A DNA stretch of 64,000 bases from an uncultured Chloroflexia bacterium (GCA_963700285.1 CAVOXA010000005.1:219333-283332); one strand, 5' to 3'. Counted from the stretch's first letter, positions 35,034 through 46,327 are shown. The notes: generated by a model from the letters alone, not told the origin. Program-made: numbers and translations.

Positions 35034-35394
35034 AACTCTCTCCTTTCTTGGGGCATGTTGACCCTATGCGCTGACTTGTACCATTTGGGGCTGAACTGTT
35101 ATGGTCTATCCCACCTCCTTTCGGTCTCAGCATTCACCAACTCGCCCAGTCCTCTGGCCAGATTATCCCTCTGCTGCCGAAAGGACCAGGCCTGAGGCAC
35201 ACTCTGGCTTTTCCTCAACATGAATGCCAAGCTCCCGGCAGCCGAGAAGGCCACTACCTGGACAGTGGGATTATAAACCAGTTCCCGACTATAGGCAAGT
35301 TCGAGGAATCCTAGGGCTTTCGAAGCAGAACTGAAGCCCACTATCAACCCAAAGGTTTTCGCCCGAGTCCCCTGGTCAGCCCACCGGGGCCGCC

Positions 35395-36050
35395 CTTTAC
35401 CGCCAGACACAAGCGGGATGCCGAGACAGTCTGGCGCGACTCATGGCAGCGTACGAGGGTTTAGTCCGTGCCGTCGTGCGGAAGCAGGTCTTGGGCGACC
35501 TGCCATTTGCCGAGGCCTTGCAGGCGGGTCGCATTGGCCTGTGGCACGCCATCCTGGGCTTTGATCCCGAGCAGAGAACGGCCTTTTCCACCTACGCCTG
35601 GACCTCCATTATGCACCAGGTCTGGCGAGAGGTCAAGCTTGCCGAGCGTGCCCCTTGTCGAGCCATGGAACATCTTGACCTCGACGAAGCCTCTTCTTCG
35701 GCGGCGGGAACGACAGATCCAGCCCAAGCCTGGGAAGCAGCTGCCATCCGCTCCGCCTTCTGGGATCTCCTTGCCCGGCTGCCAGAGCGATTGCGCGTCG
35801 TCGTCTTGGCTCGCTGTGAATTAACTGGGAAGTCCCAAGTCTTCTATTCTGCGATCGGCGCTGCGTTGAGCGTCAGCGGCGAGCGGGCGCGCCAACTGCA
35901 TACCGAAAGCCTTGATCTGGCTGCGCCAATCCCTTCACTCCCAGCAGTTGCGTTCTCTCCTGGCCCGCTACACGTTTGCCGATTACAAGACCGTCGAGGC
36001 CGACACTCAGCGCTGGTTGCGGTGGCGAGGAGGCCGACATGGCCAACCGG
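35395..36050 (+). CDS. Sigma-70 region 2/4-like protein, frameshifted or eroded; ends approximate
   Basis: EALQAGRIGLWHAILGFDPEQRTAFSTYAW (region 2) and IGAALSVSGERARQL (region 4 HTH). Confidence 0.6.
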
Positions 36051-36199
36051 ACGGCATGCTCCTCCATGCGGCTTCCCGCATGCGCTGTACCTCCATACAG
36101 CAGAGCTGCTACCAACCTACGGGCTCCGACAACCCGCGTCCCTGCCCGGCCAAGAAGAAAGAGCGCCAGCCACAGTCACAGAATGGCCCTTTGGCCCGC

Positions 36200-38597
36200 C
36201 TGGCGCCGTGGCAGGGATGAGGGGCATGATCTATGACAACTGGCTACACGGACGATGGGCAGCGACAGGTCACGGTCGCATGTACCGATACCGTGATTCA
36301 ACATGATCCCTGTACGGTTGAGACACAGATCGAGATTAGCGTGCAGAACTTACCTCTGACCGCGTACCTCAGCAACACCGGCCCTGTAGACCAGGGTGTT
36401 GCGGCGACCGTCTCCTTCAGCAATCAGGCAAACCAGAGCGATGCGTCCAGGATCGACAGCCAGGCCGGCTTCCACTATGCCTATGCCTGCGACGGCGGCA
36501 GCCTGGACTCGTGCTACATACGACAACAGCATCGCCTCTGAACGGTTCCACGATCTGCAGTCTTTGCCAGCGACGGCAGCACATTCGGTGCGCGCCCGCA
36601 TCATCGACAAGGACGACGGCTACAGCGAGTACACCGCACGAGGTCGTCGTGACGGAGTGGCTCGCCACCCGTGCCCGACGCAGATCTGGTCGACAGCGGC
36701 CAGACAGGCTCGGCCATCGCCCTGGACGGGCAAGCGCGACCGATCACCGGACGTCGACGCAGTGACGATGCCTGGACTGTATCGGATGATACGCTGAGCT
36801 ACGAGCTTCGACGATGCGACAACGACGATCAACCTACGAAACTGGCACTCAGGTCAGCGACGAAGGCAAGCTTTGTAGCTACGGCAAATCGGAGGTGCCA
36901 GGTGACACGTGACGGGTCGGCGACCGGCGACGGCGGACTATGCCACCGATTCGACGGACGTAGAGGTCGTCAACCCTGCGCCACCTTGACGGTGGACAGC
37001 GTCACGGTCGACCGCGGACGAGGGCGAAACCGCGGCGACCAATCCGGGTACCGTCTCTGACCCCGGAGCCGACACGTGGACGCTGACCGCATCCATCGGC
37101 ACGGTGGCCGACAATGGCGACGGGACGTGGAACTGGTCCTACACGACCAGCGACGGCCCCGACGAGAGCCAGGACGTCACCATCACGGCTACCGATACTG
37201 ACGGCGGCGAGGGCACCGCGACCTTTGCGCTGGTGGTGAACAACTTGCCGCCAGCCATTGAGCAGGTGATCAACGATGGGCCCGTCACCGAGGGCAGCAG
37301 CGCGACGATCGACGTCAAGGCCAGCGATCCAGCAGGTGCCAGCGATCCGCTGAGCTTCGAGTACGACTGCGACAACGACCTGGCCTACGAGATCGGCCCC
37401 CAGCCCGGCGACACGTCGGCCTGCAGCTTCCAGGACAATGGGAGCTATCAGGTGAACGTGCGCGTCGACGATGGCGACGGCGGCCAGACGACCGGTTCGA
37501 CGTTGGTTGAGGTGACCAACGTGGCGCCGAGCGTGGAGGCCACCGGCTCCGTGACAGACGAGAACGGCCATGCTACTGTTAGCGGCAGCATCAGCGATCC
37601 GGGCGGCGGGGACAGCTTCATCCTGGTCATCGACTGGGGCGAGGGCGAGCCGCAGGAGTACGGCTACCCGGCTGGGACGGCCAGCTTTAGCGAGCAGTAC
37701 CAGTACCTGGACGACGACCCCAGCGGGACGCCGTCGGACGACTATGCCATCGGCTTGACGGTCGCCGACGACGATCTGGGCGAGGGATCTGGTTCGGCCA
37801 TCGTGACGGTGAACAACGTGGCGCCTGTGGTGAGCATCGATTCAATCACGGGTCAGACCGGCCGCGGCATCGTAGAGGGCGACACTGTCCTGGCAGGCCT
37901 GCCCATCGAGGTTCAGGGCAGCTACGGCGACGTGGGCAGCCAGGATACGCATACGGCGCGGGTGGACTGGGGCGACGGGGACGATGACGAGCTGGGCGAC
38001 GTGACGGGAGCGGCGAGCGCCAGCCACGCCTACGAAGCAGCCGGCGACTATACGCTGACCCTGTCGGTCACCGACGACGATATGGGCCTAGGCCAGGCGA
38101 CGGCGGTCATCCAGGTGATCGCTCCTGAAGCTGCGCTTGGCAGCCAGGTCGCGGGGCTCCGTGCACTGCTGGAAGAGCCGGGGCTCGATCCGGGTGTCGC
38201 CGTCACTGTCCAGGACGCCATCGACAAGCTCGTTGGCAACAAGCGTGGGAAAGGGTCGAATGGCGCGCTGGACATGCTGGCCAAGGGGAACCTGGTGGCC
38301 GCCGTGGAAAAGATCCAGCAGGCGGTGCAGGCGCTGGAGGCGGCCGAGGCAGCCGATCCGGAGGGCGATCTGGACCTGAGCGCTCAGAAGGCAATGCTGG
38401 CCATGACGGCCAAATCGGTGGCCGTGGAAGCCATCTCTGGTGCGGAGGCTGTCGCCGACAAGCGCAATGAGAAGCGCGAGGTCGAGGCGGCCTGGGGCCT
38501 GGTGGCAGCCGGGGACGGCCTGCTGGCCGGCGGAGACTATGTCGGTGCAGTAGGCCAGTACCGGGGTGCTGTGCAAGCGGTGCAGGGCGTTCACTAG
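36200..38597 (+). CDS. PKD/Ig-like repeat extracellular protein; 5' part fragmented, intact frame 37104-38597
   Basis: Repeated 'V.D.DGG..V.NVAP', 'VDWGDG..H.Y..AGDYTLTLSVTDDD'; helical C-terminus. Confidence 0.7.
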
Positions 38598-39024
38598 CGG
38601 GCCTCTGAGCTCTCTGCTGAAAGGTTGCGATCCGGTGTAGTGATGTCTTCGGAAGCGACCCCATGGGTGGCAGTGGTTGCTGGCCCTTGGGGTCGCTTCG
38701 GCGATCCGGGGGACCGCCTCCGCCGCCTGTAATTCCCGCACGCCTGTCCTGAGCGCAGTCGAAGGACTTTTGGCGGGGCTCCATGTAGCAGGTTACAGTC
38801 ACTGGCGCCATGGATGCCCGCCAGAACCATGCGGGCATGACAGGGGCGCTGGTGGATGTCGACTGGGCCATCCTCCCGCAGGATTGCACTGGCTGCACCT
38901 CTGCTGCTGGTTGATTCTGCCAGGATCTGGTGGTCCACTACTTGCCAGAATCCTGCGGGAGGATCTCGAGTACGACTTGGCAACAACCCTGCGAAGAGAA
39001 CGAACTCCCGAACTCCAAATGCTC

Positions 39025-39053
39025 TTGACAGAAAACCAGATCTGTTGTACACT
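39025..39053 (+). promoter_or_regulatory. Sigma-70 promoter
   Basis: TTGACA-17 bp-TACACT. Confidence 0.7.
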
Positions 39054-39183
39054 ATGAGGGACAGAAATTCCACAAGACCTTTTTGACGTATCTCCCAGCC
39101 CGTGGCGGCCCGCCCGGGTTCACGGAATTGAAGAAGTCACTTTTACTGGTTCTGTGACGACGAACGGTCACAAGGCGAGCATC

Positions 39184-39562
39184 ATGGGAAGAAGCGCCTT
39201 CGTCGAGTACACCGCCAAAGGTATTCCGCTGCACCGGCGCGCGTCGGAGCGGGGTGCTGGTGTTGCTCTGTCTGTAGACATCTCTGGTTTTTGCCCCCCT
39301 CACCAAAGCGCAGAGGCAGGCCGTGGGTCCTGGCCGCAGCGCGGAGGAACTGCCCCGGCGCCTGTATCAAATGCACGATGCCCTGATGGCCCAGGCGGGT
39401 CCGCAAGAGATCACAACTTGGGTCGTGTGGGACGACAGCTCGCCCCATGCCCTGGACCTGAACCCGGACCCCGTGGAGGCACAGCGGATGTGGCTGCTAC
39501 CGATCTTCAAGGAATGGGCTTCAGGCCCCTCGGGCCGGGACAAGCTAGGGCCGGAGGGCTAG
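39184..39562 (+). pseudogene. Degenerate, internally deleted class III adenylate/guanylate cyclase fragment
   Basis: Joining two frames gives GVALSVDISGFCPLTKA..AVGPGRSAEELPRRLYQMHDALMA, resembling the F-x-D-I-S-G-F-T-x-L...GAEEL cyclase start; the rest of the domain is missing. Confidence 0.6.
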
Positions 39563-39565
39563 CTG

Positions 39566-40228
39566 ATGGGTGACGTGATCTCAGGGCGAGCAGCGGGCCA
39601 TCCAGCGGTGGTTGAGGGGCGGGAGGGCGCCGGCCCCGAGCCGGACTATGCAGGCGCCATAGGACATGCATTGGCCCGGCTGAGACAGGAACTGCCGCCA
39701 GAGCTAAGCTATCACGATCTGTACCACACCGAGCAGGACGTGCTGCCAGCCGCCCGGCGACTGGCAGCACGGAACGGCGTCAGCGAGCAGGATGCCCCTC
39801 TGCTGGAAGTTGCAGCCGCCTACCATGACATTGGGTTCACGGTTCACTCGCAGGGGCACGAGGTTCACAGCGCCGAGATTGTGGCCAGCGCGTTGCCCTC
39901 TTTTGGTTTGTCTCCAGCGCAGATCGCGATCATCCAGGGGATGATTGCGGCCACCAGGTGGCCCCAGTCGCCGCGGACGCTCCTGGAAGAGATCCTGGTC
40001 GACGCCGATCTCGACGTCCTGGGGCGTGAGGACTATCCAGTCCGCAACCAGGCGCTGCGGGCTGAGTTGGCGGCCCTGGGGACATTGTTCAGCAATGAGG
40101 CCTGGCTGCGTGCCCAGCTAGCGCTGCTGGAGGATCACCGCTACTTTACCGCGGCCGCCCGATGCCTGCGCGACGAGGGGAAGCGGAAGAACATCGAGTT
40201 CACGAAGGAACGTTTGGCCAGACTCTGA
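39566..40228 (+). CDS. HD-domain phosphohydrolase (candidate cyclic nucleotide phosphodiesterase)
   Basis: YHDLYHT, AAAYHDIG, HEVHSA, DADL. Confidence 0.85.
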   Translation: MGDVISGRAAGHPAVVEGREGAGPEPDYAGAIGHALARLRQELPPELSYHDLYHTEQDVLPAARRLAARNGVSEQDAPLLEVAAAYHDIGFTVHSQGHEVHSAEIVASALPSFGLSPAQIAIIQGMIAATRWPQSPRTLLEEILVDADLDVLGREDYPVRNQALRAELAALGTLFSNEAWLRAQLALLEDHRYFTAAARCLRDEGKRKNIEFTKERLARL

Positions 40229-40254
40229 CCAGGCCACGGAAGGAGGAGGAGTCC

Positions 40255-42063
40255 ATGGCGGAAGTCGCTGAAGGCACAAAGGTCTCGGCCTTTGCGGTTT
40301 TTCGCAATCGGAATTTTACCCTGTTGTGGAGCGGCCAGCTCGTCTCCACCATCGGCAACGCGCTGACCTCGCTGGCGGCGTCGATCCTGGTCTACCGCCT
40401 GACCGGCTCGGCGCTTGAGCGTCGGCCTGATGCTGATGGCCACCGTCGTTCCCACTTTGGTCGTGGGCCTCATCGCCGGCGTCTTTGTCGACCGCTACGA
40501 TAGGCGGCGGATCATGATCGCCTCGGACGTGCTGCGCGCCCTCCTGGTCCTGCTCATCCCTTTCCTGGTGCCCTACAGCATTGTCTGGTTGTACGTGCTG
40601 ATCATGCTCACCAGCGCCGTGGGGCAGTTTTTTGCCCCGGCGGAGGAGAGCATGCTGCCCGACGTGGCTTCGGAAGAGGAGCTGGGCGCGGCCAACTCGA
40701 TGCTGGCCATCAGCTCCTTTGGCTCGACGGCCGTTGGCTTTGCCGGTGCGGGTTTGATCGCCTCGCCTGGCCTCGATTGAGTGGGCCTTCTACCTGGATG
40801 CCGCGACCTTTCTCGTCTCCGCGGTCTGCATCCTGGCCATGCGCGTGCCGTCCTTTGCCGTCGATGAGAAGACCAACGTCAAGGTCGTGCATGCGCAATC
40901 TCAAGGCCGGCCTCCAGTACCTGGTCGACTCGTCCATTCTCCGCTCGCTGTTGATTGCCACGGTGCCGATCTTTGTTGCCTTTGGCCTGTGGAACTCGCT
41001 GCTCCTACCCTTTGCCACGGAAGCGCTGGGGGCCACAGAGTTCGAATATGGCATCCAGGAAGGCCTCACATCCGTGGCCTTTGTGGCTGGCAGCCTGTTG
41101 ATGGCAGGCCTGGCCGACCGCCTGCGCGAGGGCCAGTGGCTGGCTTTGAGCTGGCTGGTCATGGGCGTCGTGGGGGTCTTTTACGCCGGTGCCACGTCCA
41201 TCCCGGTGGCCTTTGTGCTGATAGCGCTCTCGGGCTTTATGAACGCGCCGTCGGCCATCAGCCGCAGGCTGATCCTACAGCGCTACACGGAGCGTGAGGT
41301 ACGGGGCCGTGTGGCTAGCGCTCAGTTTGTTACGCGGGATATCTTGTTCCTGGTAGGCATGGGCCTGGCCGGACTGGCGGATTTTGTGGATGTGCGCTGG
41401 ATGATGCTCGCCTCTGCCATCCTCATGCTGTTCGGTGGGGTGCTGTCGGCCGTGCTGCCCGGGCTGCGGCAGCCGGCGGCGCAGTGGCGGCGGGCGGTGA
41501 GCCTGTTGCGCAGTGTGCCGGCCGCGCCGGGGCTGGAGGTGGGCCGGGCAGCGGTGCTGGCAGACCTGAACCGCTACGCCGCCCGGACGCCGGCCTTTGC
41601 CGAGCTGAGCGAGGAGGAGCGGAAGGGCCTGCTCAAGAACATGACCTACCTCGAGGCGCCGGCCGGGACCTTGGTCCTGCGCCACGGCGAAATCAGCGAC
41701 GCTGCCTACCTGATCCTGGAGGGTAAGGCCGTGGTCGGGCGCGAGGAGGATGGCCGGGAGCGGGTGCTGGAGGTGCTGCGGGCCGGCGATTTCTTTGGCG
41801 AGATCGCGGCTCTGACCAATGTGCCTCGCACGGCCAACGTCGTGATCGAGGAAGACGCCAACCTGTTGCAGGTACCAGCGAAGACGCTGCGTGAGATGGC
41901 GGGCTACCCGGCGCTGAACCGTGTCTTTGTGTCCAAGATGACCGAGCGCATGATCCGCATGAACATGATCGACACGCCCCGGGTGTCGACCCTGGACCAG
42001 CAGGCAATGCGCGACCTGCGCCGCCCCGACCCGCAACCGCAGGCGGCAGGAGCCAGCGCCTAG
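40255..42063 (+). CDS. MFS transporter fused to a C-terminal cyclic nucleotide-binding domain, frameshifted
   Basis: FRNRNFTLLWSGQ, GVFVDRYDRRRIM (MFS motif A); GDFFGEIAAL..PRTANV phosphate-binding cassette. Confidence 0.88.
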
Positions 42064-42090
42064 GCGAGGTTACAGTCGGTGACTGTGCCA

Positions 42091-43620
42091 GCCCAACTGC
42101 CGGACTGTGGTCCGGCAGAAGCGCGGAGAAGCGGGTGAGCTCGTGCTGTGCTGAGGTCCAGCAAGGCGGTGATCAGCGTCCTTCAATTGCTCGTGCTGGA
42201 CCACAGTCCAGCACATCTTGCGGAGAGATGGATCGCGGTCGGGCAGGAGCACTGAGAGGGGCGTGGCCCAACTGCCGGACTGTGGTCCGGCAGAAGCGTG
42301 GAGAAGCGGGTGAGTTCGTGCTGCCGGACTGTGGTCCGGCAGAAGCGCGGAGAAGCGGGTGAGCTCGTGCTGTGCTGAGGTCCAGCAAGGCGGTGATCAG
42401 CGTCCTTCAATTGCTCGTGCTGGACCACAGTCCAGCACATCTTGCGGAGAGATGGATCGCGGTCGGGCAGGAGCACTGAGAGGGGCGTGGCCCAACTGCC
42501 GGCTGTGGTCCAGCAAGCGAGAAGGAGTTCGTGCCGGACTGTGGTCCGGCAGAAGCGCGGGGAAGTGGGTGAGTCGTGCTGGCGGACTGTGGTCGGCGAA
42601 GCGCGGGAAGTGGGTGCTGTGCTGTCGATGGTCAAGGCGGATCAGTGCGGAAGCGTCCTTCAACTGCTCGTGCTGGACCACAGTCCAGCACAGTCCTTGC
42701 GGAGAGATGGATCGCGGGTCGGGCAGGAGCACTGAGAGGGGCGTGGCCCAACTGCCGGACTGTGGTCCGGCAGAAGCGCGGGGAAGTGGGTGAGTTCGTG
42801 CTGCCGGACTGTGGTCCGGCAGAAGCGCGGGGAAGTGGGTGAGCTCGTGCTGTGCTGAGGTCCAGCAAGGCGGTGATCAGCGTCCTTCAATTGCTCGTGC
42901 TGGACCACAGTCCAGCACATCTTGCGGAGAGATGGATCGCGGTCGGGCAGGAGCACTGAGAGGGGCGTGGCCCAACTGCCGGACTGTGGTCCGGCAGAAG
43001 CGCGGAGAAGCGGGTGAGTTCGTGCTGCCGGACTGTGGTCCGGCAGAAGCGCGGAGAAGCGGGTGAGCTCGTGCTGTGCTGAGGTCCAGCAAGGCGGTGA
43101 TCAGCGTCCTTCAATTGCTCGTGCTGGACCACAGTCCAGCACATCTTGCGGAGAGATGGATCGCGGTCGGGCAGGAGCACTGAGAGGGGCGTGGCCCAAC
43201 TGCCGGACTGTGGTCCGGCAGAAGCGCGGGGAAGTGGGTGAGTTCGTGCTGCCGGACTGTGGTCGGGCAGAAGCGCGGGGAAGTGGGTGAGTTCGTGCTG
43301 CCGGACTGTGGTCGGGCAGAAGCGCGGGGAAGTGGGTGAGTTCGTGCTGCCGGACTGTGGTCGGGCAGAAGCGCGGGGAAGTGGGTGAGTTCGTGCTGCC
43401 GGACTGTGGTCCGGCAGAAGCGTGGAGAAGCGGGTGAGTTCGTGCTGCCGGACTGTGGTCGGGCAGAAGCGCGGAGAAGCGGGTGAGCTGGCGCCGGACT
43501 GTGGTCGGGCAGAAGCGCGGAGAACTGGGTGAGCTCGCGCCGGATTGTGGTTCGGCAGAAGCGCGGAGAAGTGGGTGATCTTGTGCCGCATCACAGTCCG
43601 GCAGGAGCATTGAGAAGTGG
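42091..43620. repeat. Non-coding higher-order tandem array: 49-bp hairpin units plus 126-bp modules (224-bp period)
   Basis: Unit CTGCCGGAC-TGTG-GTCCGGCAG-AAGCGCGGAGAAGCGGGTGAGTTCGTG; module starts near 42091, 42266, 42490, 42746, 42970, 43194, then about 8 consecutive 49-bp units that decay. Confidence 0.95.
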
Positions 43621-43662
43621 GCGAGTCCTGCGCAAGCTGTCACTCGCACTGAGGGGGATCTG

Positions 43663-44340
43663 ATGTCTGTTGTGGAAACGCTGCGCGGGATAGATCTGTT
43701 CTCTGGCCTCACTGCAGAGGAACTGGAGACCGTGGCCAGCGTGCTGGTCTGGCGCGCCTTTGCCCGGGGCGTCTATATCTTTCACCAGGGCAGCCCCGGC
43801 AAGATCATGTACCTCATTGAATCGGGCTGGGTGCGCATCTTTGCCCTGAGCGACATGGGCCAAGAAATCTCTATCGACGTCTATGGGCCGGGAGAGATCT
43901 TTGGCGAGATGGCGCTGCTGGACAGCCAGCCCCGCTCGGCAGGCGCAGTTTGCCTGGAAGCGACGACCGTGTTGGCCTTGAACCAAAAAGATCTGGAAGC
44001 CCTCCTCGATACCAGCCCGCGCCTGGCCAAAAACCTGCTGCGCATCCTGAGCGGCCGTCTGCGGCACACGGCCGGATACGCCGGGGACTTGGCCTTCCTG
44101 GACGTTTCGGGCCGGGTGGCCATGCGCCTCCTGGATCTGGCTGAGCGCAGCGGCACGCAGGCCTGCGACGAGATCGACTTGAATCTGACCCAGACCGAGC
44201 TGGCCAGTTGGGTAGCGGCCAGCCGCGAGAGCGTGAACAAAGCACTGAATGCCTTCCGTGCCCGGGGATTGATCGCCATGGACGACGGTAGCATTGCCAT
44301 CCTGGACCGGCGCGGGCTGGAGGCCCAGATCCGTTACTGA
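43663..44340 (+). CDS. CRP/FNR family transcriptional regulator (cAMP-binding type)
   Basis: GEIFGEMALL..PRSA, C-terminal HTH LTQTELASWVAASRESVNK. Confidence 0.93.
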   Translation: MSVVETLRGIDLFSGLTAEELETVASVLVWRAFARGVYIFHQGSPGKIMYLIESGWVRIFALSDMGQEISIDVYGPGEIFGEMALLDSQPRSAGAVCLEATTVLALNQKDLEALLDTSPRLAKNLLRILSGRLRHTAGYAGDLAFLDVSGRVAMRLLDLAERSGTQACDEIDLNLTQTELASWVAASRESVNKALNAFRARGLIAMDDGSIAILDRRGLEAQIRY

Positions 44341-44344
44341 TGGG

Positions 44345-44433
44345 TGTGAGCTACTTCATAGCCAAGGTGTGGTCCAACTCACACCTGGAGTGTGGGCCAT
44401 TTCATAGACAGGAAGTGGGCCACCGTGTACAAT
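44345..44433 (+). promoter_or_regulatory. Three CRP boxes and a -10 element (class II CRP-type promoter)
   Basis: TGTGA-N6-TCATA (44345), TGTGG-N6-TCACA (44368), TGTGG-N6-TCATA (44391); TACAAT at 44428. Confidence 0.8.
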
Positions 44434-44491
44434 GGGGGCAAGATAGGGGAGGGTACAGTACCCTCCAAAAAAAGAGAAAGGAGAAAGTACG

Positions 44492-44758
44492 ATGTCCAAG
44501 GAAGCAGTAGAGGCCGTTTTTGGGAAGGCAATGTTGGACGATGAGTTCCGCGACGCCCTGTTCGCGGACCCCGACCAGGCGCTGATGGCCTACGATCTGA
44601 GCGAGGAGGAAAGGCTGATGCTCAGTTCCATCGACGCCGAGACCATGGGCTCCATGGCTGGCGCGCTGGACGAGCGCATCTCCAAGTCGACCGTGAGCAT
44701 GGACCTCAAGAATCCCGGGAAACCCACGACGCCCACGAAGCCCATCTACCAGAAGTAG
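44492..44758 (+). CDS. NHLP/Nif11-clan (Franean1_4349/Os1348-like) peptide precursor
   Basis: AAGGAG RBS; MSKEAVEAVFGKAMLDDEFRDALFADPDQAL..YDLSEEE..LDERISK leader followed by a short variable tail. Confidence 0.75.
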   Translation: MSKEAVEAVFGKAMLDDEFRDALFADPDQALMAYDLSEEERLMLSSIDAETMGSMAGALDERISKSTVSMDLKNPGKPTTPTKPIYQK

Positions 44759-44938
44759 TATCTGCTGTCTCTGCTCAAAGACGCAGGCGACGGCAAAAAC
44801 GAAGAGCTAGTTTCTGAACTACCCAACCCGGTGTCGAGCCGTCCGCCAGATGCGGACGGCTTGATCCGCGTTCTGCGCAACGGGAGCAAGGAAGAAAACA
44901 GACTCGTGGGGTCGAATGGGGAGCAACCGGTCCACAGT

Positions 44939-45035
44939 AGACCTCCGAGGTTTCACTCAGCATGGGCTTTGCACCGCTCGGCCCAAGCCATTGCAGCCAG
45001 CGCCGTGCCTGCTCACCCGGCAAAAACCTCGGAGG
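44939..45035. repeat. REP-like inverted repeat pair (CCTCCGAGGTTT / AAACCTCGGAGG)
   Basis: Perfect 12-bp inverted repeat; a sister copy lies at 47535-47632. Confidence 0.65.
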
Positions 45036-45070
45036 CCGAGGCGCGGATTTGAGAAATCCGGAGAACCTCT

Positions 45071-46327
45071 ATGACCGAACTGAACCATCGCTGTGAGCAG
45101 GTCCGCCTGCCCAACGGGCTGCGGCTGATTACGGCTGCCCGGCCCGGTTCCCCCACGGTGGCCCTGCGGGCCTACGTGCGCGCCGGCAGCCGCTACGACT
45201 ACGAGGATGCGCCCTGCGCCCAGGTGGGCCAGGCCCACATGCTGGAGCACCTGCTCTTCAAGGGCACGGCCAGCCGCGGCCAGCGCGAGGTCTTTGCCGC
45301 CATCGAGGCGCTGGGCGGCGCGCTCCAGGCGGGCACGACCAAAGAGTGCGTCGACGTGTCGGCCGTGACCCTGCCCGGGGACCTGCCCCTGGCCGTGGAG
45401 ATCGTGGCCGGGGTGCTGGCCACGCCGCGCCTGGATGAGGGCGACTTTTGGAAAGAAAAGCTGGTCGTCCTGCAAGAGATCCAGCGCGCGGGCGACCGCC
45501 AGTCGATCCTGTTCGACTTTTTCACCCAGACATTGTGGGAAACGCACCCCCTGCGCCATACCGTCCTGGGTGACCTGGCGGGACTGCAGGCCATGGATCA
45601 TGACACGCTGCGCGCCTTTCACCGCCAGCGTTACGTGGGCGGCAACATGCTGCTGGTCATCTGTGGCGACATCGACCACGACAGAGCACAGGAACTGGCG
45701 ACCAGCAGTTTTGGGGCGCTTCCCGCCGGACCCGAGCAGCCGCCGTTGCCCGTGGCGGAGCCACCGCTTTCCGGGACACGGACCGCCCACCTGGCCAAGG
45801 ACATGCACCAGACCCACCTGCTGGCCGGCGTGCCCACGGTCGGTATGAAACACCCGGATCGCAGCGCGCTGAAGGTCATCGAGCGCGTGCTGGGCATGGG
45901 CGGCAGCGGCCGTCTCTACCAACGGCTGCGTGAGGAGCGGCAACTGGTGTACAGCGCCGGCACGGCGACGGCCAACTATGAGGACGCCGGGTTCTTTCTG
46001 GTCCAGACCGCCTGCGCCCCGGAGAAGGTGGAGCAGGCCCTTGCGGCTATCCTGGCCGAGTGGGACGCGCTGCGGTGCGATGGCGTGAGCGCCGAGGAGC
46101 TGGCCAGGGCCAAGGGCAACTATGCCGGCACGCTGGCCCGGCGCTTTGAGACCAACCTTGCCCTGGCGGGCATCCTTGGGTTGGAGGGCCTATTGTACCG
46201 CGTAGAGACGCTGCGAGAAGCCGTGGCCCGCATCAACGCGGTCAGCCACGACGACGTGGTGCGCGTGGCGCGAGCCTACCTCGATCCCGAACGCTACGTG
46301 GCCGTGACGGTCGGAAGAGAGGCATAG
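45071..46327 (+). CDS. M16 (pitrilysin/PqqF-like) zinc peptidase
   Basis: LPNGL, GSR, AHMLEHLLFKGT (HxxEH), RLYQRLREERQLVY. Confidence 0.92.
   Translation: MTELNHRCEQVRLPNGLRLITAARPGSPTVALRAYVRAGSRYDYEDAPCAQVGQAHMLEHLLFKGTASRGQREVFAAIEALGGALQAGTTKECVDVSAVTLPGDLPLAVEIVAGVLATPRLDEGDFWKEKLVVLQEIQRAGDRQSILFDFFTQTLWETHPLRHTVLGDLAGLQAMDHDTLRAFHRQRYVGGNMLLVICGDIDHDRAQELATSSFGALPAGPEQPPLPVAEPPLSGTRTAHLAKDMHQTHLLAGVPTVGMKHPDRSALKVIERVLGMGGSGRLYQRLREERQLVYSAGTATANYEDAGFFLVQTACAPEKVEQALAAILAEWDALRCDGVSAEELARAKGNYAGTLARRFETNLALAGILGLEGLLYRVETLREAVARINAVSHDDVVRVARAYLDPERYVAVTVGREA

Noticed and set aside
42091-43620. CRISPR array
   Set aside because: The sequences between hairpins are repeated rather than unique spacers, and there are no cas genes in the window
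42135-43712. Repeated 71-235 aa ORFs inside the array
   Set aside because: Unit lengths of 49 and 224 bp are not multiples of 3, there is no RBS, and the ORFs are by-products of the repeat
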